Source: an uncultured Clostridia bacterium
GTDB taxonomy: Bacteria > Bacillota > Clostridia > Lachnospirales > Anaerotignaceae
Length of the DNA stretch: 46,174 nt
NCBI GenBank assembly: GCA_937919015.1
Contig: CALFPN010000014.1
Coordinates: 1 to 46,174 of the forward strand
Reading direction: 5' to 3'
The notes under the pieces were generated by a model. It saw only the letters and a program-made list of their open reading frames with translations, made no database searches and had not been told where the DNA came from. This document shows, in pieces, positions 38,033-46,174 of the stretch. The position numbers were made by a program, and so were the translations under genes. Numbering within the stretch: the stretch's first letter is position 1; every line of letters starts with the position of its first letter.

Positions 38033-39063
38033 TACTTCGCCCCCTTTTTGCAGCCTTCGATCACGACGCCATGGGCGATACCCGGAATGGACTGCCCCTG
38101 TTGAGAGGATGTGGGGCTCATCAGTGCCCCTGTGGGGATGAACAACATCCGTCCAATCTCCCCTGCCACCAGTTTTGGGTAAAAATAGCTGCAGAAAGTC
38201 ACTGCGGAGCAGGCACAGCCGCTGCCACCGGCATGGGTATCCTGCTTTTCAGAGTCAAAAATCTCAATACCGCAGTCGGTAAAACGGCTGTCCATGTCGT
38301 ACCCTTCTTTTTTCAGCAGCTCCACCACCAACTGACGTCCTACCGTGCCCAAATCCCCCGTTGCGATCACATCATACTCCTGTGGTGTTCTGCCCGTATC
38401 TTCGAAGTGGGCCTTCAGAAGAGCTGCCGCCGCAGGTGCCATGGCAGCCCCCATATTATTGGCATCCGTTACACCCATATCCACGATTTTCCCCGTGGTG
38501 ATCTCCGTAATTTTCGGTCCTTCTCCTTTTTTTGCCAGCACAACTGCTCCGTCCCCTGTCACCGTCCATGTGGCTGTCGGCGGACGCTGTGTCCCCAGGG
38601 GCAGCGGAAAGCGAAACTGCTTTTCTGCCGCGCAGAAATGGCTGGATGCCCCTGTCAGCACATGGTTGGCAAAACCGCCATCGATGAGCATGGCTCCCAG
38701 GCTCATGGATTCCCCCATGGTGGAACAGGCACCAAAAAGCCCGAAAAAAGGAATCTCCAGATTTTTGATCCCAAAGGTTGAACCGGTACATTGATTCAGC
38801 AGATCCCCACAAAGGATATAATCGATATTCTTCGGCTTCAGATTCGCCTTTTGGATGGCTAATCCCATATTTTTTTCTACAAACTTACTTTCCGCCAGTT
38901 CCCAGCTCTTTTCTCCAAAGAAAGGATCTTCTACTGTCTGGTCAAAATACTTCCCCAAAGGGCCTTCCGCCTCTTTCGGCCCAACCGTAGCAGCGGCAGA
39001 AAGAATTACAACCCCTTCGGATAATCTTACCGTCTGTTTCCCGATTTTCTTACTCATTCTCAC
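38032..39063 (-). CDS. spoVAD: Stage V sporulation protein AD
   Basis: GPKE.EGPL, GDLLNQ, GACSTM.ES, EKQFRFP, NMGAAMAPAA, TGDLG, GGSGCACS. Confidence 0.95.
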   Translation of the reverse strand: MRMSKKIGKQTVRLSEGVVILSAAATVGPKEAEGPLGKYFDQTVEDPFFGEKSWELAESKFVEKNMGLAIQKANLKPKNIDYILCGDLLNQCTGSTFGIKNLEIPFFGLFGACSTMGESMSLGAMLIDGGFANHVLTGASSHFCAAEKQFRFPLPLGTQRPPTATWTVTGDGAVVLAKKGEGPKITEITTGKIVDMGVTDANNMGAAMAPAAAALLKAHFEDTGRTPQEYDVIATGDLGTVGRQLVVELLKKEGYDMDSRFTDCGIEIFDSEKQDTHAGGSGCACSAVTFCSYFYPKLVAGEIGRMLFIPTGALMSPTSSQQGQSIPGIAHGVVIEGCKKGAK

Positions 39064-39068
39064 AGCAC

Positions 39069-39515
39069 CTACTTTACAAAGTAATAAATAAATCCCACCA
39101 GCATGGAAGTCAGCGTACCATACACAATCACCGGCCCCGCCACAATAAACATCTTCGCCGCCATGCCGAAAACCATGCCTTCTTTTTTAAATTCGATGGC
39201 AGGCGAAACCACGGAATTAGCAAAGCCCGTGATGGGTACGATGGTACCCGCACCGCAGTATTTCCCCAGTTTTTCATAAATTCCCAGAGCCGTCAGCAAT
39301 GCAGACAGCCCGATCAATGTGATAGACACCCATAATGCCGCATCCTTTTCCGCAATATCCATTCCCGTATAAAAATTTAATAACAGCTGTCCGATGGTGC
39401 AAATGATGCCCCCGGAAACAAAGGCTTTTACACAGTCCATGAAAACAGGGCTGTTGGGGGAAGCCTGTTTTACCATCTCACCGTATTGCTGCTTTCCTTT
39501 TTTCGATGTATCCAA
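39069..39515 (-). CDS. spoVAC: Stage V sporulation protein AC
   Basis: AFVSGG.IC.IGQ, GAGTIVPITGFANSVVSPAIEFK.EG, AGPVIVYG; TTG start 39515 after GAGGAGG. Confidence 0.93.
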   Translation of the reverse strand: MDTSKKGKQQYGEMVKQASPNSPVFMDCVKAFVSGGIICTIGQLLLNFYTGMDIAEKDAALWVSITLIGLSALLTALGIYEKLGKYCGAGTIVPITGFANSVVSPAIEFKKEGMVFGMAAKMFIVAGPVIVYGTLTSMLVGFIYYFVK

Positions 39516-39528
39516 AATCGATTCCTCC

Positions 39529-39951
39529 TCACAACACATAAAATCCATCCACCAGATAATAAAGCAGCGAACCGACCACCTTTCCCAATGCAAAAGCAAG
39601 GATAATCCACTGCAGTCCTTTTGTCAGCCTCGCCCGACGCATCATGATGGGTATCACATTCAACACTTCCGTCAATGCCATGGCAAGAACCCCCACAAAA
39701 AATCCTTCCAGCAACGCCACTGCCAGAATGAGCCAGCCCCATGAAGGCAGACGATAATTGACAAACATCGTCGTTGTTCCAAAGATACCGCCCAACACAA
39801 TGGCATCTTCATAAAAACGGACATACTGCCTTGTCTGCGTCCGCCAGGCCATACGGGGAATGATACCGATAGCTGCAATGAACGCAAAAATCCCCGATGC
39901 CACCAAAAAACCCGATGCCACACTGTAGACCACCAGAAAAATCTCTTTCAT
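39529..39951 (-). CDS. spoVAB: Stage V sporulation protein AB
   Basis: G..AFI..IGIIPR, YED.I.LG, G.FVG.LA.ALTEVLNVIPI..RR, GK..GSL. Confidence 0.9.
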   Translation of the reverse strand: MKEIFLVVYSVASGFLVASGIFAFIAAIGIIPRMAWRTQTRQYVRFYEDAIVLGGIFGTTTMFVNYRLPSWGWLILAVALLEGFFVGVLAMALTEVLNVIPIMMRRARLTKGLQWIILAFALGKVVGSLLYYLVDGFYVL

Positions 39952-40577
39952 TTTTCACCGCCGCCCTTTCGCCGCCCCAAAAAATCGATCACACTGACAT
40001 TGGTTTCCTTTTCATAGGTGGTCATTTCAATTTCAATGGGCGTCGGATCTTCCGTCAGAGAAATTTTTGAAAAATGATTGAAGAAAATAATAATGCCCAG
40101 CCCCAGCCCAATGCTGTAAGGAATGGAGATCAATGCGGGCATCTCTCTGTTCTCTCCATAGAAAATGTAATAGATATTCTGGAAGATGAGCGGCAGCTGC
40201 ACATCCGTATGAAAGCACATAATGGTGGTGGCTGCGCCAATGAACAGCACCAAAGAAACAAAAACAACCTTTGCCAGCGTCAGAAGTTTTGTTTTCTTCT
40301 CCGGTTTTGGCAGATATTCAATCAGGATATCCATTTCGCCCACATTGGAAACAGTGGCATCGGGATATTTCTGGTTCAATGCCTGAATCAAGTCAATGAC
40401 AGAAAGAAGATATGTCTTTTTTCTGTCAGAAGGAATTTGAAAGACCACAATCTTTTCCGCTTCCCCTTTGGTCTGCCCGCCCACAAAAACCTCTGCCACA
40501 TCCCGCAGAAGAACTTCTCTTTTCTGCACCATCTGCACTTTTTCCATAGGCTTGATATATATATCCACCTTCTCCAC
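39948..40577 (-). CDS. spoVAA: Stage V sporulation protein AA
   Basis: FIGA..TIM.FH.DV, PYSIGLGLG...FFNH, DPTPIEIEM..YE. Confidence 0.92.
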   Translation of the reverse strand: MEKVDIYIKPMEKVQMVQKREVLLRDVAEVFVGGQTKGEAEKIVVFQIPSDRKKTYLLSVIDLIQALNQKYPDATVSNVGEMDILIEYLPKPEKKTKLLTLAKVVFVSLVLFIGAATTIMCFHTDVQLPLIFQNIYYIFYGENREMPALISIPYSIGLGLGIIIFFNHFSKISLTEDPTPIEIEMTTYEKETNVSVIDFLGRRKGGGEK

Positions 40578-40599
40578 ACCTTTCTCTTCTGCTTTTGGT

Positions 40600-40629
40600 T
40601 AGTATGGCCTGATTCTGGAAAACAATTCA
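40600..40629 (-). promoter_or_regulatory. SigG-type promoter of the spoVA operon
   Basis: TGAATT-17 nt-CATACTA; spoVA is a known SigG target in spore formers. Confidence 0.7.
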
Positions 40630-40649
40630 TAGGGATGCTCCGCTATATC

Positions 40650-40685
40650 AAAAAAAGACGTGTCTCTTCTTCGAGACACGTCTTT
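40650..40685 (-). terminator. Terminator after the MgtC-like gene
   Basis: AAAGACGTGTCTC-TTCTTC-GAGACACGTCTTT with a T tail on the minus strand. Confidence 0.85.
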
Positions 40686-40692
40686 CTGATGC

Positions 40693-41379
40693 TTATAGTC
40701 TGAAACTTTTGATATTCTCATCATCGGCGAAAATATCCGCCAAATCGGTACAGGTGATGCTATGCTCTCTGCTGACTTCCAGTTTTACCTTTACGCCGCC
40801 ATCTTCCATTTTTTCCATCTGAATATGATGGATAAGGATATGCCTTTCCTTCAGCTGCTTTTTCAACTCCTCCAGCCCATCGGGGGCCTTTTTGTAGGTG
40901 ATGGAAAAGGAGTCATAAATAGGCCCATCCAATTTCTGCAGATTGCCATGGGTAAAAATCTGAATCATCATGATTAAAACCGTAGCAAAAATACCAACGC
41001 CGTACATCCCCGCACCGATGGCAAGACCAACGCCGGCCATAGCCCAAAGTCCTGCTGCCGTGGTCAAACCTTTGATGGAAGCTTCCCGGATAAAAATAAC
41101 CCCCGCCCCCAGAAAGGAAATGCCTGTGATAACATTGGAAGCAATACGGGCTGCATCCACACGCATACCGGGAATCTCTAAAACATCCATAAAACCATAT
41201 TTTGACACGATCATCAATAATGCAGAACCAACCGCAACAATGATATGGGTGCGAAGGCCCGCCTCCTTTTTTCTGCGGCTGCGTTCATAACCGATAATGC
41301 CGCCGCACACTGCCGCAATGACCATACGCAATATATATTCTAAATCATAAGAAAGATAGGTTAAAATCTGTTCCATCAT
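40693..41379 (-). CDS. MgtC/SapB family membrane protein
   Basis: GG.IGYER....K.AGLRTH, D.ARIA..VITGISFLGAG.I, GLTTAA.LW. Confidence 0.92.
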   Translation of the reverse strand: MMEQILTYLSYDLEYILRMVIAAVCGGIIGYERSRRKKEAGLRTHIIVAVGSALLMIVSKYGFMDVLEIPGMRVDAARIASNVITGISFLGAGVIFIREASIKGLTTAAGLWAMAGVGLAIGAGMYGVGIFATVLIMMIQIFTHGNLQKLDGPIYDSFSITYKKAPDGLEELKKQLKERHILIHHIQMEKMEDGGVKVKLEVSREHSITCTDLADIFADDENIKSFRL

Positions 41380-41433
41380 GCGTCCCCCTTTCGCACTTTT
41401 ATATAATAATTATAGCAGATTTCTATGAAATAG

Positions 41434-41456
41434 AAAAGGGATGCTTTTGCATCCCT
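41434..41456 (-). terminator. Terminator after uppP
   Basis: AGGGATGC-TTTT-GCATCCCT. Confidence 0.7.
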
Positions 41457-41464
41457 AAATCTTC

Positions 41465-42262
41465 TTATTTTACAATCATATGCAGTACAAACTGGTCTAA
41501 CAGGAGAATTGCCCCCAGAATAAATACATACACAGAGAACCATTTCAGTTTACCATTTTTAATGACACCAACCATGAAACGAATCGCCAGATAGCCGGAA
41601 ACCGCAGCCACAATAAATCCGCAGACCATAGGCATGGTACCCATGGCATCTGCCAGCACCACATCACCTGTCACGATATCCTTGATGGTCAGCACCATAG
41701 CCCCCAGAATGGCAGGAATGGACAGCAGGAAGGAAAATCTTGCCGCTTCTTCTCTATTCATGCCCCTTGCCAGGCAGGTGGAAATGGTCATGCCGGAACG
41801 AGATACGGCAGGCAGGATTGCTACCCCCTGCATAGTGCCAACAACAATGGCATCAAACAGAGACATATTTCTGATTTTCTTTCTGCCGGCAATACGAGTA
41901 TCTGCATACAGCAAAATACAGCCGGTAAAAAGGAAGTTGAATCCAATAAATTTCCCCTGACCAAAAATCGCATCAAAGGTATCATTGAACAGCAGCGCAA
42001 TGACAACTGTCGGCAGCGTACCTGCAATCAGAAGTGCTGTGGTTCTCTGGAAGGGATTGCGGATCAGTGCCCAGATATCCTTCCAGTAATACACGAATAC
42101 AGCGATCAGCGTCGCCACATGCAGGATGATAGAAAATGCCTGTCCTGCTTCTTTGATGCCGAACAGATTCTGGAACAAAACCAGATGACCGGAACTGCTG
42201 ACGGGCAGGAATTCCGTTAAGCCCTGAATCAGCCCTAAAATAATTGCCTGAATATATTCCAT
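41465..42262 (-). CDS. uppP: Undecaprenyl-diphosphate phosphatase (BacA/UppP)
   Basis: QGLTEFLPVSSSGHL, P.VSRSG.TI, AARFSFLLSIPA. Confidence 0.95.
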   Translation of the reverse strand: MEYIQAIILGLIQGLTEFLPVSSSGHLVLFQNLFGIKEAGQAFSIILHVATLIAVFVYYWKDIWALIRNPFQRTTALLIAGTLPTVVIALLFNDTFDAIFGQGKFIGFNFLFTGCILLYADTRIAGRKKIRNMSLFDAIVVGTMQGVAILPAVSRSGMTISTCLARGMNREEAARFSFLLSIPAILGAMVLTIKDIVTGDVVLADAMGTMPMVCGFIVAAVSGYLAIRFMVGVIKNGKLKWFSVYVFILGAILLLDQFVLHMIVK

Positions 42263-42312
42263 ATCGAAAAAACCTCCGTTTTGTCATATTTCCACTAGAT
42301 TTACAAATATTG

Positions 42313-42364
42313 ATTATAACCCATATAATTATTTCTTGCAATTCTTATTTTTTCCTGTTAATAT
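42313..42364. promoter_or_regulatory. Back-to-back promoters for uppP and the DEAD-box helicase sharing one -35
   Basis: Palindromic TTGCAA (42336-42341) lies 17 nt from TATAAT on the minus strand (42313-42318) and 17 nt from TG-T-TAATAT on the plus strand (42359-42364). Confidence 0.55.
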
Positions 42365-42598
42365 AAGTGTCTGCGGCTTTTTTGCCGTAACTATGCGCAT
42401 GAATAGGGTTTATTAAGGGAATCTTAAGATTTTCTTAAGTACAACATATTCTCCAAAAAAGAGAATGATGCTTTGCGCATGCGCCAAAAGTCGAAGAAAA
42501 CTGATTTGCGTCTGCAGAATATTTTGCAGAAATGGTTCTATGTTTCGTTTTTTCTTCGGCTTTGTCACTGAAAACCGAAGAAAAGAAAGGAAGAAACA

Positions 42599-44224
42599 AT
42601 GGAACACATCAAATTTGAAGAAATGAATATTTCCGAGGAAATCCTCCGTGCTGTGCTGGATATGGGCTTTGAAGAAGCAACCCCCATCCAGTCTCAGGCC
42701 ATCCCTATGGTACTGGAGGGCAAGGACATCATCGGTCAGTCTCAGACCGGTACAGGCAAAACCGCCGCTTTCGGCATCCCCTGTCTGGAACGCATCGACC
42801 CCGATGACAGACGCCTGCAGGCAATGATCCTCTGCCCCACAAGGGAACTGGCCATTCAGGTATCCGAGGAATTCCGCAAACTGCTGAAATACAAAGACAA
42901 TATCCGTGTACTGCCCATCTACGGCGGTCAGCCCATCGACAGACAGATCGCTGCCCTGAAAAAAGGCGCGCAGGTTGTCATCGGTACCCCCGGCCGTGTG
43001 ATGGACCACATGAGAAGAAGAACCATCAAAGCGGAAACCGTGCAGATGATGATTCTGGACGAAGCGGATGAAATGCTGGATATGGGCTTCAGAGAAGATA
43101 TCGAAACCATTCTGGTAAAAATCCCCGAAGACCACCAGACACTGCTCTTCTCCGCAACACTGTCCCCCGAAATTCTGGATATCACAAAACGTTTCCAGAG
43201 AGACCCCGAATTTATCAAAATCGTTCGCAAGGAACTGACCGTGCCCAGCATCGAACAGTATTACTTTGATGTAAAGGAAAAATCCAAACTGGATGCGCTG
43301 TGCCGTATCATGGATGTTTACGACCCCAATCTGGCTATGGTATTCTGCAACACAAAGAAACGTGTGGATGATCTGGTGGAAATGCTGCAGGGCCGCGGTT
43401 ACTTTGCGGAAGGTCTCCATGGCGACCTGAAACAGCCCCAGCGTGACAAAGTCATGCAGAAATTCCGCAACGGCACCATCGAAATTCTGGTTGCCACAGA
43501 CGTAGCGGCAAGGGGTCTGGATATCGACGATATCGATATCGTATTCAACTACGACGTCCCTCAGGATGAAGAATACTATGTACACCGTATCGGCCGTACG
43601 GGCCGTGCGGGCAAAAGCGGGAAAGCCTTTACTTTCTGCGTGGGCAAGGAAATCTATAAGCTGCGTGACATCATGCGCTACACAAAAACAAAGATCCAGC
43701 AGCAGAAACTGCCTACCCTCAGCGACGTGGAAGAACTGAAAACACGCTTCTTCTTAGAAAAAATCAAAGGCATCATCGACGAAGGCCACCTGACAAAATA
43801 CATCCATCTGGTAGATAAACTGATGGAAGAAGATTACACCAGCATCGACATTGCAGCTGCCCTTCTGAAAAACCATCTGGCAGATGCCATTGCCGATGAT
43901 ATCGATGCCATCGAAGATATCAACTTCAACGGCACAGAATTTTACGGCGGCGAAGGCGAAACGATGGTTCGCCTGTTCATCAACGCCGGCAAGAAAAACA
44001 AAATCCGCGCAAAGGATATCGTCGGTGCCATCGCCAACGAAGCAGGCGTGCCCGGGAAAACGCTGGGTGCCATCGACCTGTATGATGATTATACTTTCGT
44101 GGATGTTCCCAGCGAATTTGTAAGGGATATTCTGCACGGTATGAAAAATGCGAAGATCAAAGGCAAAAAGGTGCATATTGAAATCGCAAAGAAAGAAAAA
44201 ACATACGGTAAGAAAGGCAGATAA
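42599..44224 (+). CDS. DEAD-box RNA helicase with DbpA-type C-terminal RNA-binding domain (CshA/DeaD-like)
   Basis: Q motif TPIQ, GTGKT, PTRELA, TPGR, DEAD, SAT, ARGLD, HRIGRTGRAG; RLFINAGK...DIVGAIANE. Confidence 0.95.
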   Translation: MEHIKFEEMNISEEILRAVLDMGFEEATPIQSQAIPMVLEGKDIIGQSQTGTGKTAAFGIPCLERIDPDDRRLQAMILCPTRELAIQVSEEFRKLLKYKDNIRVLPIYGGQPIDRQIAALKKGAQVVIGTPGRVMDHMRRRTIKAETVQMMILDEADEMLDMGFREDIETILVKIPEDHQTLLFSATLSPEILDITKRFQRDPEFIKIVRKELTVPSIEQYYFDVKEKSKLDALCRIMDVYDPNLAMVFCNTKKRVDDLVEMLQGRGYFAEGLHGDLKQPQRDKVMQKFRNGTIEILVATDVAARGLDIDDIDIVFNYDVPQDEEYYVHRIGRTGRAGKSGKAFTFCVGKEIYKLRDIMRYTKTKIQQQKLPTLSDVEELKTRFFLEKIKGIIDEGHLTKYIHLVDKLMEEDYTSIDIAAALLKNHLADAIADDIDAIEDINFNGTEFYGGEGETMVRLFINAGKKNKIRAKDIVGAIANEAGVPGKTLGAIDLYDDYTFVDVPSEFVRDILHGMKNAKIKGKKVHIEIAKKEKTYGKKGR

Positions 44225-44244
44225 TTGCTTTTCCGCATAAAAAT

Positions 44245-44269
44245 AAGGAGCCATTCGGCTCCTTTTTTT
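44245..44269. terminator. Terminator between the helicase and the XRE gene
   Basis: AAGGAGCC-ATTC-GGCTCCTTTTTTT. Confidence 0.85.
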
Positions 44270-44522
44270 ATTCTTCCTCTGTATCATCCTCAAAGGAATA
44301 TTCATTCAGCTCATCAAAATCCAGAAATTCCGCCAATGTCATACTGAAAGCATTGGCAATCTTATGAACAGTCTTTACTCTTGGGTTCTTTGATAACCCA
44401 CGCATAATATTGTCCAGAGTAGACTGTCTAAGCCCACTCATTGTAGCTAATTTATTGATGGAAATGCCACGCTGTTTGCATAACTGCCGTATTCTTTTTA
44501 TATATAATTCAGAATATTCCAT
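44268..44522 (-). CDS. XRE/Cro-CI family HTH regulator (copy 2)
   Basis: RIRQLCKQRGISINKLATMSGLRQSTLDNI.....NP...T..KI; start ATG 44522 after AAGGTG. Confidence 0.88.
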   Translation of the reverse strand: MEYSELYIKRIRQLCKQRGISINKLATMSGLRQSTLDNIMRGLSKNPRVKTVHKIANAFSMTLAEFLDFDELNEYSFEDDTEEE

Positions 44523-44540
44523 AAAATTCACCTTTATCAT

Positions 44541-44563
44541 AAAAAAGAGCCGTTAGGCTCTTT
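44541..44563 (-). terminator. Terminator-like hairpin between the XRE genes
   Basis: AAAGAGCC-GTTA-GGCTCTTT with a T tail on the minus strand. Confidence 0.7.
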
Positions 44564-44567
44564 CCAT

Positions 44568-44810
44568 TTATTTTATCTCCTGTTCCAAATCATCAAACAT
44601 ATCACTGTCAAAAAATTCTCTGACACTTATTCCCAATCCATCACAAATCTTCTTGATAGAAACAACACCAGGATTCTGACTTTTCTCATTCAGCATACTG
44701 TAAATCGTAGAAGATGACATTCCTGCAAGCATTGCCAATGCATTGATTGCCATATCATGCTCCGCACACAATTCTTGGATGCGTTTTGCAACGGCTTCTT
44801 TCGTATTCAA
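44568..44810 (-). CDS. XRE/Cro-CI family HTH regulator (copy 1)
   Basis: RIQELCAEHDMAINALAMLAGMSSSTIYSM.....NPG..SIKKICDGL; TTG start 44810 after AAGGAGG. Confidence 0.88.
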   Translation of the reverse strand: MNTKEAVAKRIQELCAEHDMAINALAMLAGMSSSTIYSMLNEKSQNPGVVSIKKICDGLGISVREFFDSDMFDDLEQEIK

Positions 44811-44822
44811 TTCGCATCCCTC

Positions 44823-44921
44823 CTTACGATATATCGTAAGTTTAGTTTGCACAAATTTGCGATATATCGTTCGGGATATATCCCGATTCCATTTGTTTGT
44901 GTTATAATTACGATATATCCC
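44823..44921. promoter_or_regulatory. Array of four palindromic operators (core GATATATC)
   Basis: Cores at 44828, 44861, 44875 and 44912; two extend to perfect 18-bp and 16-bp palindromes. Confidence 0.8.
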
Positions 44922-44940
44922 AAATCAAGAAGGTGATTTC

Positions 44941-45378
44941 ATGTCAGTATGCACTTTTTTCGGACACCGTGACTGTCCATCTTCCATCCAGCCAAAATTA
45001 AAAGCAGCTTTCATTGATTTAATAGAAAACCACGCCGTCCACACCTTTTATGTGGGCAATCATGGGGCTTTTGATTCCCTTGTACGTTCCACTTTGCAGG
45101 AATTGACACAGTCCTATCCCCAGATCCGCTATACGGTGGTGCTTGCCTATCTCCCCACAAAACAAACGGATTTCCCCTATGAAACCCTCCTGCCCGATGG
45201 CATTGAGAACGTTCCCAAACGCTTCGCCATCTCCTTCCGTAATAAATGGATGCTAAAACAGTCGGATTTTGTCGTAACCTATATCACCCACTCTTGGGGC
45301 GGCGCAGCCCAGTTCGCGGAATTGGCAGAAAAACAAAAGAAAACCGTTATCCATCTGACGTCCAAAGAAAAATGCTGA
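44941..45378 (+). CDS. Small SLOG/YspA(DUF1273)-like protein
   Basis: CTFFGHR, FYVG..G.FD, VVLAY, AI..RN.WM...SD.VV.Y....GGA...A....K.VI resembles the SLOG nucleotide-binding fold pattern; GAAGGTG RBS. Confidence 0.7.
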   Translation: MSVCTFFGHRDCPSSIQPKLKAAFIDLIENHAVHTFYVGNHGAFDSLVRSTLQELTQSYPQIRYTVVLAYLPTKQTDFPYETLLPDGIENVPKRFAISFRNKWMLKQSDFVVTYITHSWGGAAQFAELAEKQKKTVIHLTSKEKC

Positions 45379-45403
45379 ATCTTAACGATTCAGCATTTTT
45401 CTT
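45365..45403. terminator. Bidirectional terminator overlapping the SLOG-like stop codon
   Basis: Perfect 17-bp IR AAGAAAAATGCTGAATC-TTAAC-GATTCAGCATTTTTCTT. Confidence 0.8.
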
Positions 45404-45409
45404 ATTCGT

Positions 45410-46174
45410 TCATTCATATATTCCTGTAGCTCCCTCTATGGCACTGTAATCATACTGTAGGGTGTTATAATTGACGGCACTTTTCGCGATCTGCTCCAGT
45501 ACATCCATGGGAAGATTGCCTTCCAAATACAGCGTCAGGTCATCGTAAAACCAAATGATCTGATTTCTGGCACCCTTATCCTCCTGATAGAATTGTCCTT
45601 CCTTCTTTCTCATGCCGTCAGGAACATGGCCTTTATTATAGTCATAATCCGCAGACTGGACGAAGTAGAAAAATTCCGATTCTGTTTCCAGATCATAAAA
45701 AACCTCTGTAATGATATGGTCACCGCGAGAACTGGACTGCATATACCGATCCCTGTAATAAAATCCATCGGGCACAGCTGTCAGAACAAAAAAGTCTTTC
45801 CAATGGTCTGGTTTTAATGTAGTTGCGAAAACATCCTCCACCAGATATGCAGGGCCTCCGTTTTTCATTTCTTCCTTCCGATATTCTTCCCACATTTCTC
45901 TGAATTCCCGTTTCCTGTCAATATCCGCAAAATATTCTTCTGTGGTATCAAATCCATCTAACAGCATGTCGGCAATCATAACGCGGCTTCCATATCTGAA
46001 GCCAATCAGAGCAATAAATGCAAGGATAATGAAAATCGCCCTTTTCAGAGTCACTTTTTTCTCCATTCTTTTCATCTCATCCAAAGGATTGGTCGGAACA
46101 GGTTCTTCTTCCCTCATTACAGCATCATCGCCATATGCTCTTTCGTGGGGCTCCTGTTTATTGGTGATCTTTTG
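45410..46174 (-). CDS. Membrane-anchored protein with DUF4367-like C-terminal domain, probably 5'-truncated by the window
   Basis: Frame is open from 46117 to the window edge; single TM (AIFIILAFIALIGF); VPDGF...IIW......LEGNLP.D.L.QIA.S C-terminal pattern. Confidence 0.6.
   Translation of the reverse strand, partial: QKITNKQEPHERAYGDDAVMREEEPVPTNPLDEMKRMEKKVTLKRAIFIILAFIALIGFRYGSRVMIADMLLDGFDTTEEYFADIDRKREFREMWEEYRKEEMKNGGPAYLVEDVFATTLKPDHWKDFFVLTAVPDGFYYRDRYMQSSSRGDHIITEVFYDLETESEFFYFVQSADYDYNKGHVPDGMRKKEGQFYQEDKGARNQIIWFYDDLTLYLEGNLPMDVLEQIAKSAVNYNTLQYDYSAIEGATGIYE

Noticed and set aside
42413..43585. 390-aa antisense ORF over the DEAD-box helicase
   Set aside because: Shadow of a conserved gene with no independent signals
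44823..44921. GATATATC repeats as a mini CRISPR array
   Set aside because: Repeats are too short, spacing is irregular and there are no cas genes; operator interpretation fits better

Overview
Core chromosomal segment of an anaerobic, spore-forming Firmicute, very probably Anaerotignum or a close relative. This is inferred from the lcdC-lcdA-lcdB-pct proteins, which closely resemble the acrylate-pathway enzymes of A. (Clostridium) propionicum. Contents in order: two tandem EamA/DMT transporters, tRNA-Thr(CGT), a DUF4317 protein, rubrerythrin, a YyaL-like protein, a Rieske-FAD oxidoreductase, the lactoyl-CoA dehydratase/propionate CoA-transferase operon, a zapA-U32-ftsW/rodA-pbp-patatin cluster, a P-loop protein plus four-subunit 2-oxoacid:ferredoxin oxidoreductase operon, type III glutamine synthetase, a YheO-type regulator, a DegV/TetR pair, ylxM-ffh-rpsP-khpA-(inserted small membrane gene)-rimM-trmD, several small genes including an unannotated 53-aa DUF1540-like ORF, luxS, spoVAA-AE, mgtC, uppP, a DEAD-box helicase, and a small accessory cassette of two XRE genes divergent from a SLOG-like gene. 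I found no CRISPR array, rRNA, integrase or transposase. The most interesting signals are non-coding. (1) Four GATATATC palindromic operators lie in the XRE/SLOG intergenic region. (2) The DEAD-box helicase leader can form two mutually exclusive RNA structures. (3) Paired TGT(A/C)AAG-N8-CTTTACA operators flank the ylxM-ffh promoter. (4) SigG-type promoters precede rubrerythrin, the DUF1540 gene and spoVA. (5) Structured leaders precede lcdC and the first EamA gene. All family calls are by motif recognition; no searches were run.
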